Notes: a model not told the origin generated them from the sequence alone. Positions 17,459 through 27,094 are shown, counted from the stretch's first letter. The stretch is DNA of 64,000 nucleotides from an uncultured Clostridia bacterium (GCA_944393605.1 CALYAO010000057.1:323-64322), one strand, 5' to 3'. Program-made: numbers and translations.

Positions 17459-17665
17459 ATGAAAAAAGAAGATAGGATCAAAGAGATTGGCATGCAAGCA
17501 ATAAAAGAAATGTTAGAGCACGGCATGTCGGAAAGCGACATTGAAAAAATGATAAAATATAGTTTAGCCCAAACGCTTGTTGAGGCAAAATGTGAAAAAG
17601 ATGAAGTTGAACTTGAAAAATTCTTAAATAAACTACGTAAAGAAGGAGTATGGCCTACAAAATAG
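17459..17665 (+). CDS. Small acidic helical protein downstream of the nuclease
   Basis: 68 aa. GGAGGG RBS 7 nt before ATG 17459. Starts about 15 nt after the nuclease stop. No motif recognised. Confidence 0.4.
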   Translation: MKKEDRIKEIGMQAIKEMLEHGMSESDIEKMIKYSLAQTLVEAKCEKDEVELEKFLNKLRKEGVWPTK

Positions 17666-17694
17666 GAAGATTTTTGCAAAATGATGGAAAAACA

Positions 17695-17723
17695 TTTACA
17701 TAAATCTATTCTTGTGATATAAT
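17695..17723 (+). promoter_or_regulatory. Sigma-A type promoter (extended -10) upstream of the giant surface-protein gene
   Basis: TTTACA (17695-17700), 17-nt spacer ending in TGa, TATAAT (17718-17723). Leaves a leader of about 200 nt. Confidence 0.45.
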
Positions 17724-17925
17724 TATAAAAAAATATATTGTAAAAATTTTAACTAAAAATGAAAAAGCGAGATAATTTTATATACAGGGATAGTTATATA
17801 ATTTTTTGTAGTAGAATTTGAGACAGTGTGTAAAGGATAGATGCCAGATGTTGCATTTTTTGTAGCGTCCGATATATCTTATTTGCATTAAAAATATTAA
17901 AAATATAAAAAAGGAAGGTGTAGTT

Positions 17926-20900
17926 ATGAAACACAAAAAGGCAAGTAAAACTCTCGCCCTATTGATGGCTATTATTATGGCATTGGGGTTGCTTCCTGGT
18001 GTAGCGAGTGCTGCAGACGGTGAGGTTTTAAGTGCAGATGATTTGATTGCAGCCGCACAGACCGGCGGCAAAATTACGCTGGGGGCAAACATTACGCTTA
18101 ATGAAGGGGTGACGTTCACGGCGGATGCTGTGCTGGATTTAAAAGGTTACACTTTGGACTATACGGCTTCAGACAGTTACCAAGCGGCTCTGGAAGTGAC
18201 AGGAGCTGAAACGTCCTTGACAATTATGGACAGCAGCGGAAATAATAGCGGTACTATTATTAGCCGCAAAGGAAAATATGTGGTTGAAATATCGGACGGT
18301 GCTACCGTTACCCTTGAAAGTGGAACAATTACCACTGCTGAGGACGTAAGCGCAATCGAAATTTACAAACAAGCAGGTACCACCTTTATTATGAACGGCG
18401 GTGTCGTTCGCAGCAATGATGCAACATGGATTTCATTTAACGATACAATCAAATTTAACGATGGTAAAATCTATGGTCCTAATAGCATTAATCTTAAGTA
18501 TGTGGATATCGAAAATGACATCCTTGTTCGGGAGGATGACGGAGCACTTACTGTGACAGAGAAGGAAAATATACCGACTAATTTTCATGTGAATTATGGC
18601 GGATGGTATTATGATTGTTATGGTACCATTGCTAATGCCACTGCCGGTTTGTATAATGCCTATAAAGACACAAATGGTGTTGCCACTGTTACAGTTAATG
18701 AATCGGGCTCAGGAGATGTACCGGCTATTATAGTTACAAAAGGGCAAACCATTCACTTTATCCTCAATGAAGGCGCTAAACTTACCACAGGCGGGAAAGC
18801 GATTAAGCTGGAAGAAGGCGCAAAAGTAATGGTTAGTGGCAACGGTACCATTGCAGATGGAGTTCTGATGCCTTACGAAGAGACGATGATTCTTCAGAAG
18901 GATACGGCAGAGGGCATAACGACGTATACTCCTGTGCATCCCATGTGCTTTCAGGTAGGCGAACAGCAATTTAACGATATTTCTGTGGCAATTCAAGAAG
19001 CTATTGATACAAACAATACCATTAATCTTCTTATGGATGCAAGGTATGAAACTTTTTCCATTCCGGAAGGTGCAAACGTTACCTTTGATCTCGGTGACAA
19101 TACGCTGATTTTAGACGGGACACTGACAGTGTCAGATACGGAAATTGCGGCTGGAGGCAATACATTTACTTGCGCTGCAGAAAACAAAGGAAGCTTAACG
19201 ATTCAAAATGGCATGTTAGATATCTATGGCAACAAACACGGTATTGCAAATTTTGGCGCGCTTGATATCAAAGCAAATGCAACCGTTCATACAAACTATG
19301 TTTCGTTTAAGAATAATTCGACAATCTTGAATTTTGGCGGAAATGTTGTTTCAAATGGTACCATTTCCAGCGCTGCTAACGGCGGTATTGCTACATATGG
19401 CGGAACAGTTCGCATTGAGGGCGGAAACTTAACGGCAACGGGGACAAAAAACGCTTCAGGCATCAATATTTTTAACCGCGCCTACAATAATGAAAGCGCT
19501 GGTGCGCAAGTACTGATTTCAGGCGGAAAAATCAACACAAAGCTTTATGCTGCCACAACCAATTATCTTTACTCTGGAGGCAGTACACCCAGTCATCTAA
19601 CCATTACCGGAGGTACCATCAATAGTGAGAAGTCGAGTATTTACTGGCCTTCTGCGGGAACGGTGACGATTGGGGAAGAAGGTAAGACAACGGGGCCGGA
19701 TATAGTAAGCAGCGAAGGAAGCTGTATCGATATTTGCGGCGGCAAACTGATCGTTTACGGAGGAACCTTAACAGCACAGTCATTGGCTGATACACCTACC
19801 GGTATAACAGATGAAGAGTTGGTAAATGCCTATCGGCAAAGTTCTGGAAGCGGAAATTGCGGCGACGCAATTACTGCTACAGCACGCCGTAGTGAGCTGT
19901 ACGCGCTCAACCCTCTTTCTGTGACTATTTTGGGCGGCAAATTTTCCAGCGCAAATGAGTATGCACTGCGGTTTATGGACTGCAACCGGACAAGCGGCGC
20001 GGAACAATTGTCACAGGAAGTGTCGGTGTCTGTACGTGATGGCCGTTTTGAAGGCGGACTTGGGGCATTGGACGCAAGCTTTGTAGGCGGCGAGGAACAA
20101 AAAATTATCTCCGGCGGAACGTTTACGAGTGCCATTCCGGCTGAATACTGTGCTATTGGTTTTGCACCAAATGACAATGGGGATGGAACCTTTGGAGTTA
20201 CTTCTTCTATTCAAGAAGTAACCAATCAATTAATTTTTAAAGCAGATACGCCAAGCATAGATAACCGAGCTACATATGGCTATCAGTGGAACAAAGACAC
20301 TTTGACTTTAAGTTTGAGTGGTCTTAAGATGAATATTGCGGACGAAGGTGACCTTGGAGACGGTGCAATTGAATTGCCGGAAGGTGCAACCATTGAGCTT
20401 GCTGCTGGTACAGACAATCAGATTGAAACCAGTATGATTCCGGTGTCCGCATTGGGCGATTTAACGATAAAGGGGAGCGGTAAACTGACTGCAGAACAAA
20501 TTTCTGCTATGGGTTCTGTTACAGTGGAGCAGGACGTGACCGGGCTTTCCGCACTGGTTGTTGAAACGCGGATGGAAGGGATGACGTTCTATTTTGATAC
20601 AACGGTTTACGGGAATGTAACGTTAGACAACTCCTATGATACGTTCTTTTCCGAGCTGGGCGCCAAGATTACGTTGGATGATGATGCGGTTTTGACTATT
20701 CCGGAAGGCGTTACCATTTATTTGGGAACCCAGGGAACCTTTGGACCTACGCCGGGAATTTTTGGCAACGGTAAAATTATTTTAAACGGAACCTTGATTT
20801 TGCCAGATGGTTATACTACAGACCAAATTGACGCTTTAAATATTCAAATAGGCCCTAACGGAAAATTGTTGATTGGAAAGGCGGACGGCGGATCAGAACC

Positions 20901-23900
20901 TGTTCCTGAAAAGTGTTTCCAGGTAGGAGAAAAAACTTTCCGAGAAATTAATGATGCGATTGAGACTGCAGAGACGACTGGTCAAGCGGTAAAATTATTA
21001 GAAAGTGTCACGGTTGACCAGGATATCATTCTAGACCATAGCCTTACACTGGATCTGAACGAAAAGACTTTGACATTGGGCAAGGATAAAAAGATTCAAA
21101 TCACTGGTGCAGGGAATAAGCTTTCAATCAATAACGGCAGTTTGATTGGGGATCGTACTTTAATGATTCTTTGCTATGAAAGCGCAACTGTTGAGCTGAC
21201 AAAGGTAATTGGGGAAAATAAGAGACCAGAATCGAATGATTCTTATTCCAATTTTGTGCAGGTTGGAAGCTGGCTGAGTAAGACTTCGTACAGTCCGGGT
21301 TTTGCAACGATTATAGATTCGAAACTTACCGCGGGGACAAATGCGGTATACATATTAGGACCGGACATTTCCGACAGCAGTGCAACGCCGTCCTCCTGCG
21401 AGATTACAAATAGTGAAATTACATCAAGATATGCAATTTCAGGCAATGGAAACAGTTATGCAAATGTAACAATTAATAGTGGAACCTTTACCGGCAGTTA
21501 TGGTGACGGCACAAAGACGAATACAGCCGCGGTATACTGGCCCGGTAAGGGAACATTAGAAATTAAAGGCGGTATCTTTAACGGCGGTGCTGCGCTTTAT
21601 ATCAAATCCGGAACCGTGAAAATTTTTGACGGTCAATTTTCAGCCATTGCACCAAAAAGAGACTATACCTATGTTGGTAGCGGTTGTTACGAAACCGGTG
21701 ATGCGGTTATTATTGATAATTGCGGCTATCCTGGCGGTACGCCTTCTGTTTCCATTAAGGACGGCACGTTTACGAGCAAACACGCAGGTGCTGCTGCGAG
21801 CTATGCTGGGAACGGGCAGACTGAGACTGTTGCAGGCTTTATATCAGGCGGCACGTTCAGCAATTTGATTCCGAACACATACTGCGCTGTGGGCTTTGAA
21901 CCGGTTGCCAATGGCGATGGTACATATAGTGTAGTTGAGGGCGAGCCTGTTGCCGCGGTGACAATTGACGGCACGACAACCGAATACCATTCCTTTACAG
22001 CTGCTTGGGAAGCGGGAATAGCGTCGCCCCATAAAACTTTTACAATAAAAATGCTTGCGAATGCTAACACAAAGGATTTTGTTTGGGCAGATCATTCTGC
22101 TCTTAACGGCGACGGAGATATTTTAATCAAAGATGCGGACATCACGCTTGATTTAAACGGATTTACTTTGTCGCACGACAATAGCAGCAGCGATGTTTTG
22201 TTTTATTTATGGAATGGTAAGCTTACGATTGATGATACCAGCACAGATAAAAAAGGAACCATTACAAGCCCGATTGTTTATGAAGGACAAACCGTGAATG
22301 CTCAGGAAGCAGGAAATGGATTTATTATGTGGTCTGATGCTGACAGCATTCTGACTATGAACGGTGGAACAATTACCGGAATCCAGGTAGCAGAGGGTCA
22401 AAAACACAGCATCATCAATGCAAACAAAGGTCAATTTATCATGAACAACGGTAAAATTACCGGCAACGGGTGTACCGCGGTCACCGCAAGATACGGCGGA
22501 AAGTTTGTTATGAACGGCGGTGAAATCAGCAATAATACAAGCGCACATATGGGCGGAGGCGTATTGTCCCGCTGGGGAATTGTAGAAATCAATGACGGTG
22601 CGAAGATCCTAAATAATACGGCGCTCTATCCCTATGAGGGTAAAGACGGCAATGGCGCGGGCGGCGGTATTGCGGAAATCACCAATGGCACAAGCGGCAA
22701 TGCAAGTTCGGCAACCTCCGGGATTACGTTAAGCGGAAAGGTAGATATCAGCGGCAATAAAGGTCCAAACGAACAGAATGACGACATTGCGGTGATGGGG
22801 CTGCAGCACTCGATCATTTCTTCGCAGGATCCGGTTCAGTTTAAAAGCTATGCTGTGACCATCGGCAAAGATTTTCGAGCAGAAAAGCCAATTGCTGTAA
22901 GGGTATTGGACAATTCCGCCCAGGAGGTCGTTGTTCACAAAGGTGATACAGATCAATTAACTCATTTTTACTCGGGGAATCCAGAGTTTGTTTTGGGTAA
23001 GCTTGAAGATAACAGTTTGAAAATGGTGAAGCCATCTGAAGGAAATAAAATCAAAGCAAAAGTTCAGGTAGACGGCAGAAATGTTTCATTAAGCGAAACT
23101 GCCGACGAATATACGGGGATTCCGTATGGGAAGGCAGATCATCTTACCGTTTCTACATCGCCGTCGTATGATCCGGAGCCCGCCTTCCAGATTGCTTATG
23201 AGGATATGGACGGGGCTGTTTTAGAAAGTTTCCCGACAGAGATTGGAAAATATAATGTTACCATATCCTATATACAATATAACTTGAAATATGGTTCGGT
23301 ATACACGAAGACGCAGACATTTTATTTGGAGATTGTAAAAGCAGACCCGAGTTATACGATTCCAACCGATTTAACAGCGACCTACGGCGATACACTTGCA
23401 GATGTTACTCTGCCCGAAGGCTGGACATGGGCAGACAGCTCACAGAGCGTGGGCGATTCCGGCAAGCATACATTTAAAGCAACTTTTACGCCTGAGGATA
23501 CAGAACACTACAATATTATATCAGATATTGAAGTCCCGATTACGGTAAACAAAGCAGGGTCTGAAACAGAAATACCTGCTGACTTAACTGTAACCTATGG
23601 TGATACGCTAACGCTTACAGCAAATGTAAAACAGTCACAAGCAAACGGTATGCTTTTGGCTGCTGCGGCAGAAAATAAAGTGGATTTTTACGTCGGTGAT
23701 GTGTTGCTGGGTTCAGCGGACGTAAGCTATGCGGATGAAAACAAGGACAGCGGAACGGCGGTTCTCACAGTCGATACGACAGAGAAATTGCTTGCAGTCG
23801 GAGCGAATACCGTCACAGCACAGTACGGCGGCAGTGTGAACCTGAACGAAAGCAGCAGTAATAGCATTACGGTTATGCTTGAAAAAAAGGCGCTGACTTA

Positions 23901-25497
23901 CACGGTATCGGCAGAAGGAAGACTGTATGACAGCAGTACGGCAATCAATGTGACCCTGACCCCAACTAATCAGGTGGCAAGTGATGAAATAACACTGACT
24001 GCGAACGGCAACATTGACAGCGCGAATGTTGGAACATACACGACTGTCAATGTGAACAATGTCGCAATTGGCGGCAAGGATGCAGGTTATTACAACGTTC
24101 CGACAAGCGCCAATCAGGTGCCGTTAACGGAACAGATTGAAATCAGTAAAGCGCCAGCACAGAACCCTGATACGCCGAATCCGGCAGCAGTGGATTATGC
24201 CCCTGATAAAACGCTAGCAGACATTACATTGGATGGTGGCTGGATATGGGCGGATAATGCGGCAGTTCCAACCGTGAATAATACAGGATATATGGCTTAT
24301 TATGCTATTGCGGATGAAATAAACTATGACTGGAGCGAGATAGACGGTTACGTAGCAGCAGAACACCGTTTAGAAAGAGTTATCTCTCTGACGGTCCATC
24401 CAGCTACACCGGTGATTGCAGAAGGTGAAGAACCTACAGCAAGCAGGGTACAGCAAGGACAGAAACTTTCCACTTCGGAAATAACGGGTGCAATAGTGAA
24501 TGGCATAGACGGTCAACCGTTAGAAGGGACATGGAGCTGGAAAGACGGTGACAAGGATATGGAGGAAGCCGGGACATTTGAGGAAACTGTTATTTTCACT
24601 CCTACGGATACCAATTATGCAGCGATTGAACTGCTGGTTTCGGTAACGGTTTATCGTCCTTCCTCCGGTGGCAGTAGCTCTACAATCCGTTATACGGTGA
24701 CTTTTGACACGCAGGGTGGCAGCAAAATTAGCAGTATGCGTGTAGTGAGAAACAATACCATTTCAAAGCCGGCAGAACCAACCAAAGAGGGTTATACATT
24801 TGAAGGTTGGTTTACGGATAAAGAATGTACGAAAGCTTTTGATTTTGATACAAAAGTGACAAAAAATATTACGCTATATGCAAAGTGGACAGAAGAAAAA
24901 GAGGAACCGACCGATCCTACTGACCCTACTGACCCAACAGATCCCGGCGAATGGAACAATCCATTTACGGATGTGGACAAAGACGACTGGTTCTATGGTG
25001 CAGTTCAATATGCAAATGAAAACGGATTGTTTAGTGGTATGACGGAAAATACATTTGCTCCTGATGAAGCAATCACCCGAGGTATGCTGGTTACTGTTCT
25101 GTGGCGTATAGAAAAGCAGCCGGTTGTAAATTATCTGATGCCGTTTGACGATGTAGACCAAAGCGCATATTACGCAGAAGCAATCCGCTGGGCTGCAAGC
25201 GAAAAGATTGTAAAAGGATATTCTGATACAGAATTTGCACCGAACCAGAATATCACTCGCGAAGAAATGGCAGCAATTATAAACCGTTATGCTGACTACA
25301 AAGAAATGATCGGCACACAAGGTGAACTTTCCAATTTCGCAGATGAAAGCTTGGTGGCAGACTGGGCTTACGGAAATATGGAATGGGCAGTCGGAACAGG
25401 CTTAATTTCCGGCACAGATGAAAACAAGCTGAATCCGCAGGGTAATACCACTCGTGCAGAAACAGCGGCTATTTTGCAGCGGCTGTTGGAAAAATAA
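17926..25497 (+). CDS. Giant (2523 aa) secreted, SLH-anchored modular surface protein (beta-helix/PMP-like repeats, MBG-like repeats, Listeria-Bacteroides repeat, 3 SLH domains)
   Basis: Signal peptide ...LLPGVASA. Repeated modules with LDL(K/N)G(Y/F)TL starts and GGTF(T/S)..IP..YCA.GF.P..NGDGT(F/Y) ends. GGAI/GGGV plus NNTA PMP-like motifs. YGDTL MBG-like repeats. YTVTFDTQGG...GYTFEGWFTD...ITLYAKW. PTDPTDPTDPTDP linker. Three C-terminal SLH repeats. Confidence 0.9.
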   Translation: MKHKKASKTLALLMAIIMALGLLPGVASAADGEVLSADDLIAAAQTGGKITLGANITLNEGVTFTADAVLDLKGYTLDYTASDSYQAALEVTGAETSLTIMDSSGNNSGTIISRKGKYVVEISDGATVTLESGTITTAEDVSAIEIYKQAGTTFIMNGGVVRSNDATWISFNDTIKFNDGKIYGPNSINLKYVDIENDILVREDDGALTVTEKENIPTNFHVNYGGWYYDCYGTIANATAGLYNAYKDTNGVATVTVNESGSGDVPAIIVTKGQTIHFILNEGAKLTTGGKAIKLEEGAKVMVSGNGTIADGVLMPYEETMILQKDTAEGITTYTPVHPMCFQVGEQQFNDISVAIQEAIDTNNTINLLMDARYETFSIPEGANVTFDLGDNTLILDGTLTVSDTEIAAGGNTFTCAAENKGSLTIQNGMLDIYGNKHGIANFGALDIKANATVHTNYVSFKNNSTILNFGGNVVSNGTISSAANGGIATYGGTVRIEGGNLTATGTKNASGINIFNRAYNNESAGAQVLISGGKINTKLYAATTNYLYSGGSTPSHLTITGGTINSEKSSIYWPSAGTVTIGEEGKTTGPDIVSSEGSCIDICGGKLIVYGGTLTAQSLADTPTGITDEELVNAYRQSSGSGNCGDAITATARRSELYALNPLSVTILGGKFSSANEYALRFMDCNRTSGAEQLSQEVSVSVRDGRFEGGLGALDASFVGGEEQKIISGGTFTSAIPAEYCAIGFAPNDNGDGTFGVTSSIQEVTNQLIFKADTPSIDNRATYGYQWNKDTLTLSLSGLKMNIADEGDLGDGAIELPEGATIELAAGTDNQIETSMIPVSALGDLTIKGSGKLTAEQISAMGSVTVEQDVTGLSALVVETRMEGMTFYFDTTVYGNVTLDNSYDTFFSELGAKITLDDDAVLTIPEGVTIYLGTQGTFGPTPGIFGNGKIILNGTLILPDGYTTDQIDALNIQIGPNGKLLIGKADGGSEPVPEKCFQVGEKTFREINDAIETAETTGQAVKLLESVTVDQDIILDHSLTLDLNEKTLTLGKDKKIQITGAGNKLSINNGSLIGDRTLMILCYESATVELTKVIGENKRPESNDSYSNFVQVGSWLSKTSYSPGFATIIDSKLTAGTNAVYILGPDISDSSATPSSCEITNSEITSRYAISGNGNSYANVTINSGTFTGSYGDGTKTNTAAVYWPGKGTLEIKGGIFNGGAALYIKSGTVKIFDGQFSAIAPKRDYTYVGSGCYETGDAVIIDNCGYPGGTPSVSIKDGTFTSKHAGAAASYAGNGQTETVAGFISGGTFSNLIPNTYCAVGFEPVANGDGTYSVVEGEPVAAVTIDGTTTEYHSFTAAWEAGIASPHKTFTIKMLANANTKDFVWADHSALNGDGDILIKDADITLDLNGFTLSHDNSSSDVLFYLWNGKLTIDDTSTDKKGTITSPIVYEGQTVNAQEAGNGFIMWSDADSILTMNGGTITGIQVAEGQKHSIINANKGQFIMNNGKITGNGCTAVTARYGGKFVMNGGEISNNTSAHMGGGVLSRWGIVEINDGAKILNNTALYPYEGKDGNGAGGGIAEITNGTSGNASSATSGITLSGKVDISGNKGPNEQNDDIAVMGLQHSIISSQDPVQFKSYAVTIGKDFRAEKPIAVRVLDNSAQEVVVHKGDTDQLTHFYSGNPEFVLGKLEDNSLKMVKPSEGNKIKAKVQVDGRNVSLSETADEYTGIPYGKADHLTVSTSPSYDPEPAFQIAYEDMDGAVLESFPTEIGKYNVTISYIQYNLKYGSVYTKTQTFYLEIVKADPSYTIPTDLTATYGDTLADVTLPEGWTWADSSQSVGDSGKHTFKATFTPEDTEHYNIISDIEVPITVNKAGSETEIPADLTVTYGDTLTLTANVKQSQANGMLLAAAAENKVDFYVGDVLLGSADVSYADENKDSGTAVLTVDTTEKLLAVGANTVTAQYGGSVNLNESSSNSITVMLEKKALTYTVSAEGRLYDSSTAINVTLTPTNQVASDEITLTANGNIDSANVGTYTTVNVNNVAIGGKDAGYYNVPTSANQVPLTEQIEISKAPAQNPDTPNPAAVDYAPDKTLADITLDGGWIWADNAAVPTVNNTGYMAYYAIADEINYDWSEIDGYVAAEHRLERVISLTVHPATPVIAEGEEPTASRVQQGQKLSTSEITGAIVNGIDGQPLEGTWSWKDGDKDMEEAGTFEETVIFTPTDTNYAAIELLVSVTVYRPSSGGSSSTIRYTVTFDTQGGSKISSMRVVRNNTISKPAEPTKEGYTFEGWFTDKECTKAFDFDTKVTKNITLYAKWTEEKEEPTDPTDPTDPTDPGEWNNPFTDVDKDDWFYGAVQYANENGLFSGMTENTFAPDEAITRGMLVTVLWRIEKQPVVNYLMPFDDVDQSAYYAEAIRWAASEKIVKGYSDTEFAPNQNITREEMAAIINRYADYKEMIGTQGELSNFADESLVADWAYGNMEWAVGTGLISGTDENKLNPQGNTTRAETAAILQRLLEK

Positions 25498-25502
25498 AAG
25501 AT

Positions 25503-25538
25503 TGAGAGGGAGCTATAAAGCCCCCTCTCATTTTATTT
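25503..25538 (+). terminator. Rho-independent terminator of the giant gene
   Basis: TGAGAGGG (25503-25510) / CCCTCTCA (25523-25530) followed by TTTTATTT. Confidence 0.7.
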
Positions 25539-25584
25539 ATATGGGTATGGCAATAGTGCCATCACAAAGTGCCTTTCCTTGTTT

Positions 25585-25682
25585 GGTTACACTTGCGGAC
25601 TTATTTTCAAAAGGTTACACCTGCAAATTTTTCTTTGAAAAAGTTACATTTGTATCATTTATTGTGTTTTAACAGATGTAAT
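25585..25682. repeat. Iteron-like repeats GTTACAYYTG (three direct copies at ~29-nt spacing plus one inverted copy)
   Basis: GGTTACACTTGC (25585), GGTTACACCTGC (25613), AGTTACATTTGT (25642), and the inverted AACAGATGTAAT (25671-25682). Confidence 0.7.
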
Positions 25683-25905
25683 TTATTTGGTAAAAATAAT
25701 TTTCAGTAATTATGTAAAAGTTTGCAAATATTAATATAGTGACTTACACAAATAACAGTAAAAAGAAAACGCTAATTCAAAAGGAAAACGCTAACTTTTA
25801 ATTGTTAGAATTCTTTATGAAATATCCGCTTCGAAAAATACTTCAAAACGGATATTTTTATGCTTATAAAAGTCAGAAAATCCTTATAAACCCCTGATTT
25901 TAGGC

Positions 25906-25946
25906 AAAAAACAAGGACGTCAATTTTTTATCAAAATTGACGTCCT
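25906..25946 (-). terminator. Rho-independent terminator downstream of tRNA-Ala
   Basis: On the minus strand, AGGACGTCAATTTT / AAAATTGACGTCCT stem followed by TGTTTTTT. Confidence 0.7.
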
Positions 25947-25950
25947 AATT

Positions 25951-26026
25951 TGGTGGAGATGAGGGGATTCGAACCCCTGACCTCTTACATGCGAAGCAAG
26001 CGCTCTCCCAACTGAGCTACACCCCC
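25951..26026 (-). tRNA. tRNA-Ala (anticodon CGC), CCA encoded
   Basis: The reverse complement folds as a 76-nt cloverleaf: acceptor GGGGGTG/CATCTCC with G3:U70, D arm GCTC/GAGC, anticodon stem CTTGC/GTAAG with loop TTCGCAT, T arm AGGGG-TTCGAAT-CCCCT, then ACCA. Confidence 0.93.
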
Positions 26027-26069
26027 ATGCTCCGCAATGGAACAGTTTCCATTGCGGACAACGGTACAT

Positions 26070-26098
26070 ATTTTACCACAAAGCAACAACAGAGTCAA
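26070..26098 (-). promoter_or_regulatory. Sigma-A type promoter for tRNA-Ala
   Basis: On the minus strand, TTGACT (26098-26093), 17-nt spacer, TAAAAT (26075-26070). An 11-bp-stem hairpin (26032-26057) lies in the short leader. Confidence 0.5.
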
Positions 26099-26116
26099 GT
26101 ATTTTTTTGTTTTTTA

Positions 26117-27094
26117 TCATACACTTTGCAAATAGGTACCTTCGGATACCACTGCACCATACCCTGCAAACGGATTATCAATGACAATGCGGCCTTCCTG
26201 CGTATCCCCCAGCCCACTATAAAGATCCACCTTGCCATCTGGGCGCACCACCATGCCCGAGGTAAAGCAGCAGTCGGTCAGTTCGGGAATCTTTGCTGGC
26301 CCCTGGGGATAACACGTTCGGGTGCCAATGATCTTTTTGTCTTCGACGCACCGCGTTTGGGGATCAAATACAAACGAGATATTGAGGTAGACCTGTTTCT
26401 CCACGCCATCCACGGGTTCTTTGTAGCACTGGTGTCCGATAACGCCAATCTTTCCACTCTCCAGCAAGTAACACTGGTTACAGCCGCCCCATTCTCCCGG
26501 GCCAAACAGGCCATCCACAATGGGCGCATTCTGCACGATATCTGCACTCAAATCCTCCAGCTTGTCCATGATGGCAAAGCCAACCACCGATTCGCTGCCG
26601 TATTTCTTTAAAATGTCTTCCCCACGCGGCCGGGAAAACACACCAATCTTCCCATCCGCCAGCGGCACCAAACGAATATCTTTCATGTAATTGGGACCTG
26701 TTGTGAAATAATACAGGTTGTCCAGCTCTGTCCCTTTATAAAAATAGCTGAAATAAGTCGCAATGTGCCCCCGGTCATATTGCACATGCACGCCGCCCAA
26801 CACGAGTTCCTGTCCGATGTGGGCGATGTACGGGTCCTCCAGCTGCGAAATAACCGCCTCCGGAATCGCGCGCCATGCATCCTGCCCGACTTCTTCAAAC
26901 AGCCGCACGCGAGAGCGCGCCCACTCTCCCCGGCGCTCCACCCGGCCAAAGAGATACCGTTTGCCATCCTTCCACTGGAACGGGATGGAGCAATTGTAGA
27001 CGTCAAACCCTTCCACGCCTGTAAACGTCAGTGTCGCACTTTCATAAATCCGCTTTTCTTGTTCAAAAATCACTCGTTCCTGCGCCAACTCCAT
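26117..27094 (-). CDS. Conserved hypothetical protein (possibly DUF1861, beta-propeller glycosidase-like)
   Basis: 325 aa from MELAQERV with an AAAGGAG RBS. The longer ORF in the track has no RBS. The family call is from memory only. Confidence 0.35.
   Translation of the reverse strand: MELAQERVIFEQEKRIYESATLTFTGVEGFDVYNCSIPFQWKDGKRYLFGRVERRGEWARSRVRLFEEVGQDAWRAIPEAVISQLEDPYIAHIGQELVLGGVHVQYDRGHIATYFSYFYKGTELDNLYYFTTGPNYMKDIRLVPLADGKIGVFSRPRGEDILKKYGSESVVGFAIMDKLEDLSADIVQNAPIVDGLFGPGEWGGCNQCYLLESGKIGVIGHQCYKEPVDGVEKQVYLNISFVFDPQTRCVEDKKIIGTRTCYPQGPAKIPELTDCCFTSGMVVRPDGKVDLYSGLGDTQEGRIVIDNPFAGYGAVVSEGTYLQSV

Larger units (their letters stand above)
1..25950. mobile_element. Partial AT-rich integrated element: phage early/replication/immunity module (1-14103) plus surface-protein and nuclease cargo (14104-25950), ending at the 3' end of tRNA-Ala
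   Basis: Visibly AT-rich compared with everything right of ~26030. Carries phage-type replication genes, two HNH endonucleases, an XRE/ImmA pair and Phd/Doc. Right edge coincides with the tRNA 3' end. No integrase, terminase or structural genes in the window, so the left part runs off-window. Confidence 0.6.

Noticed and set aside
24907-24945. Short tandem DNA repeat (CCGACCGATCCTACTGACCCTACTGACCCAACAGATCCC).
   Set aside because: It lies inside the giant ORF and simply encodes a PTDPTDPTDPTDP linker. It is neither a CRISPR array nor a noncoding repeat.
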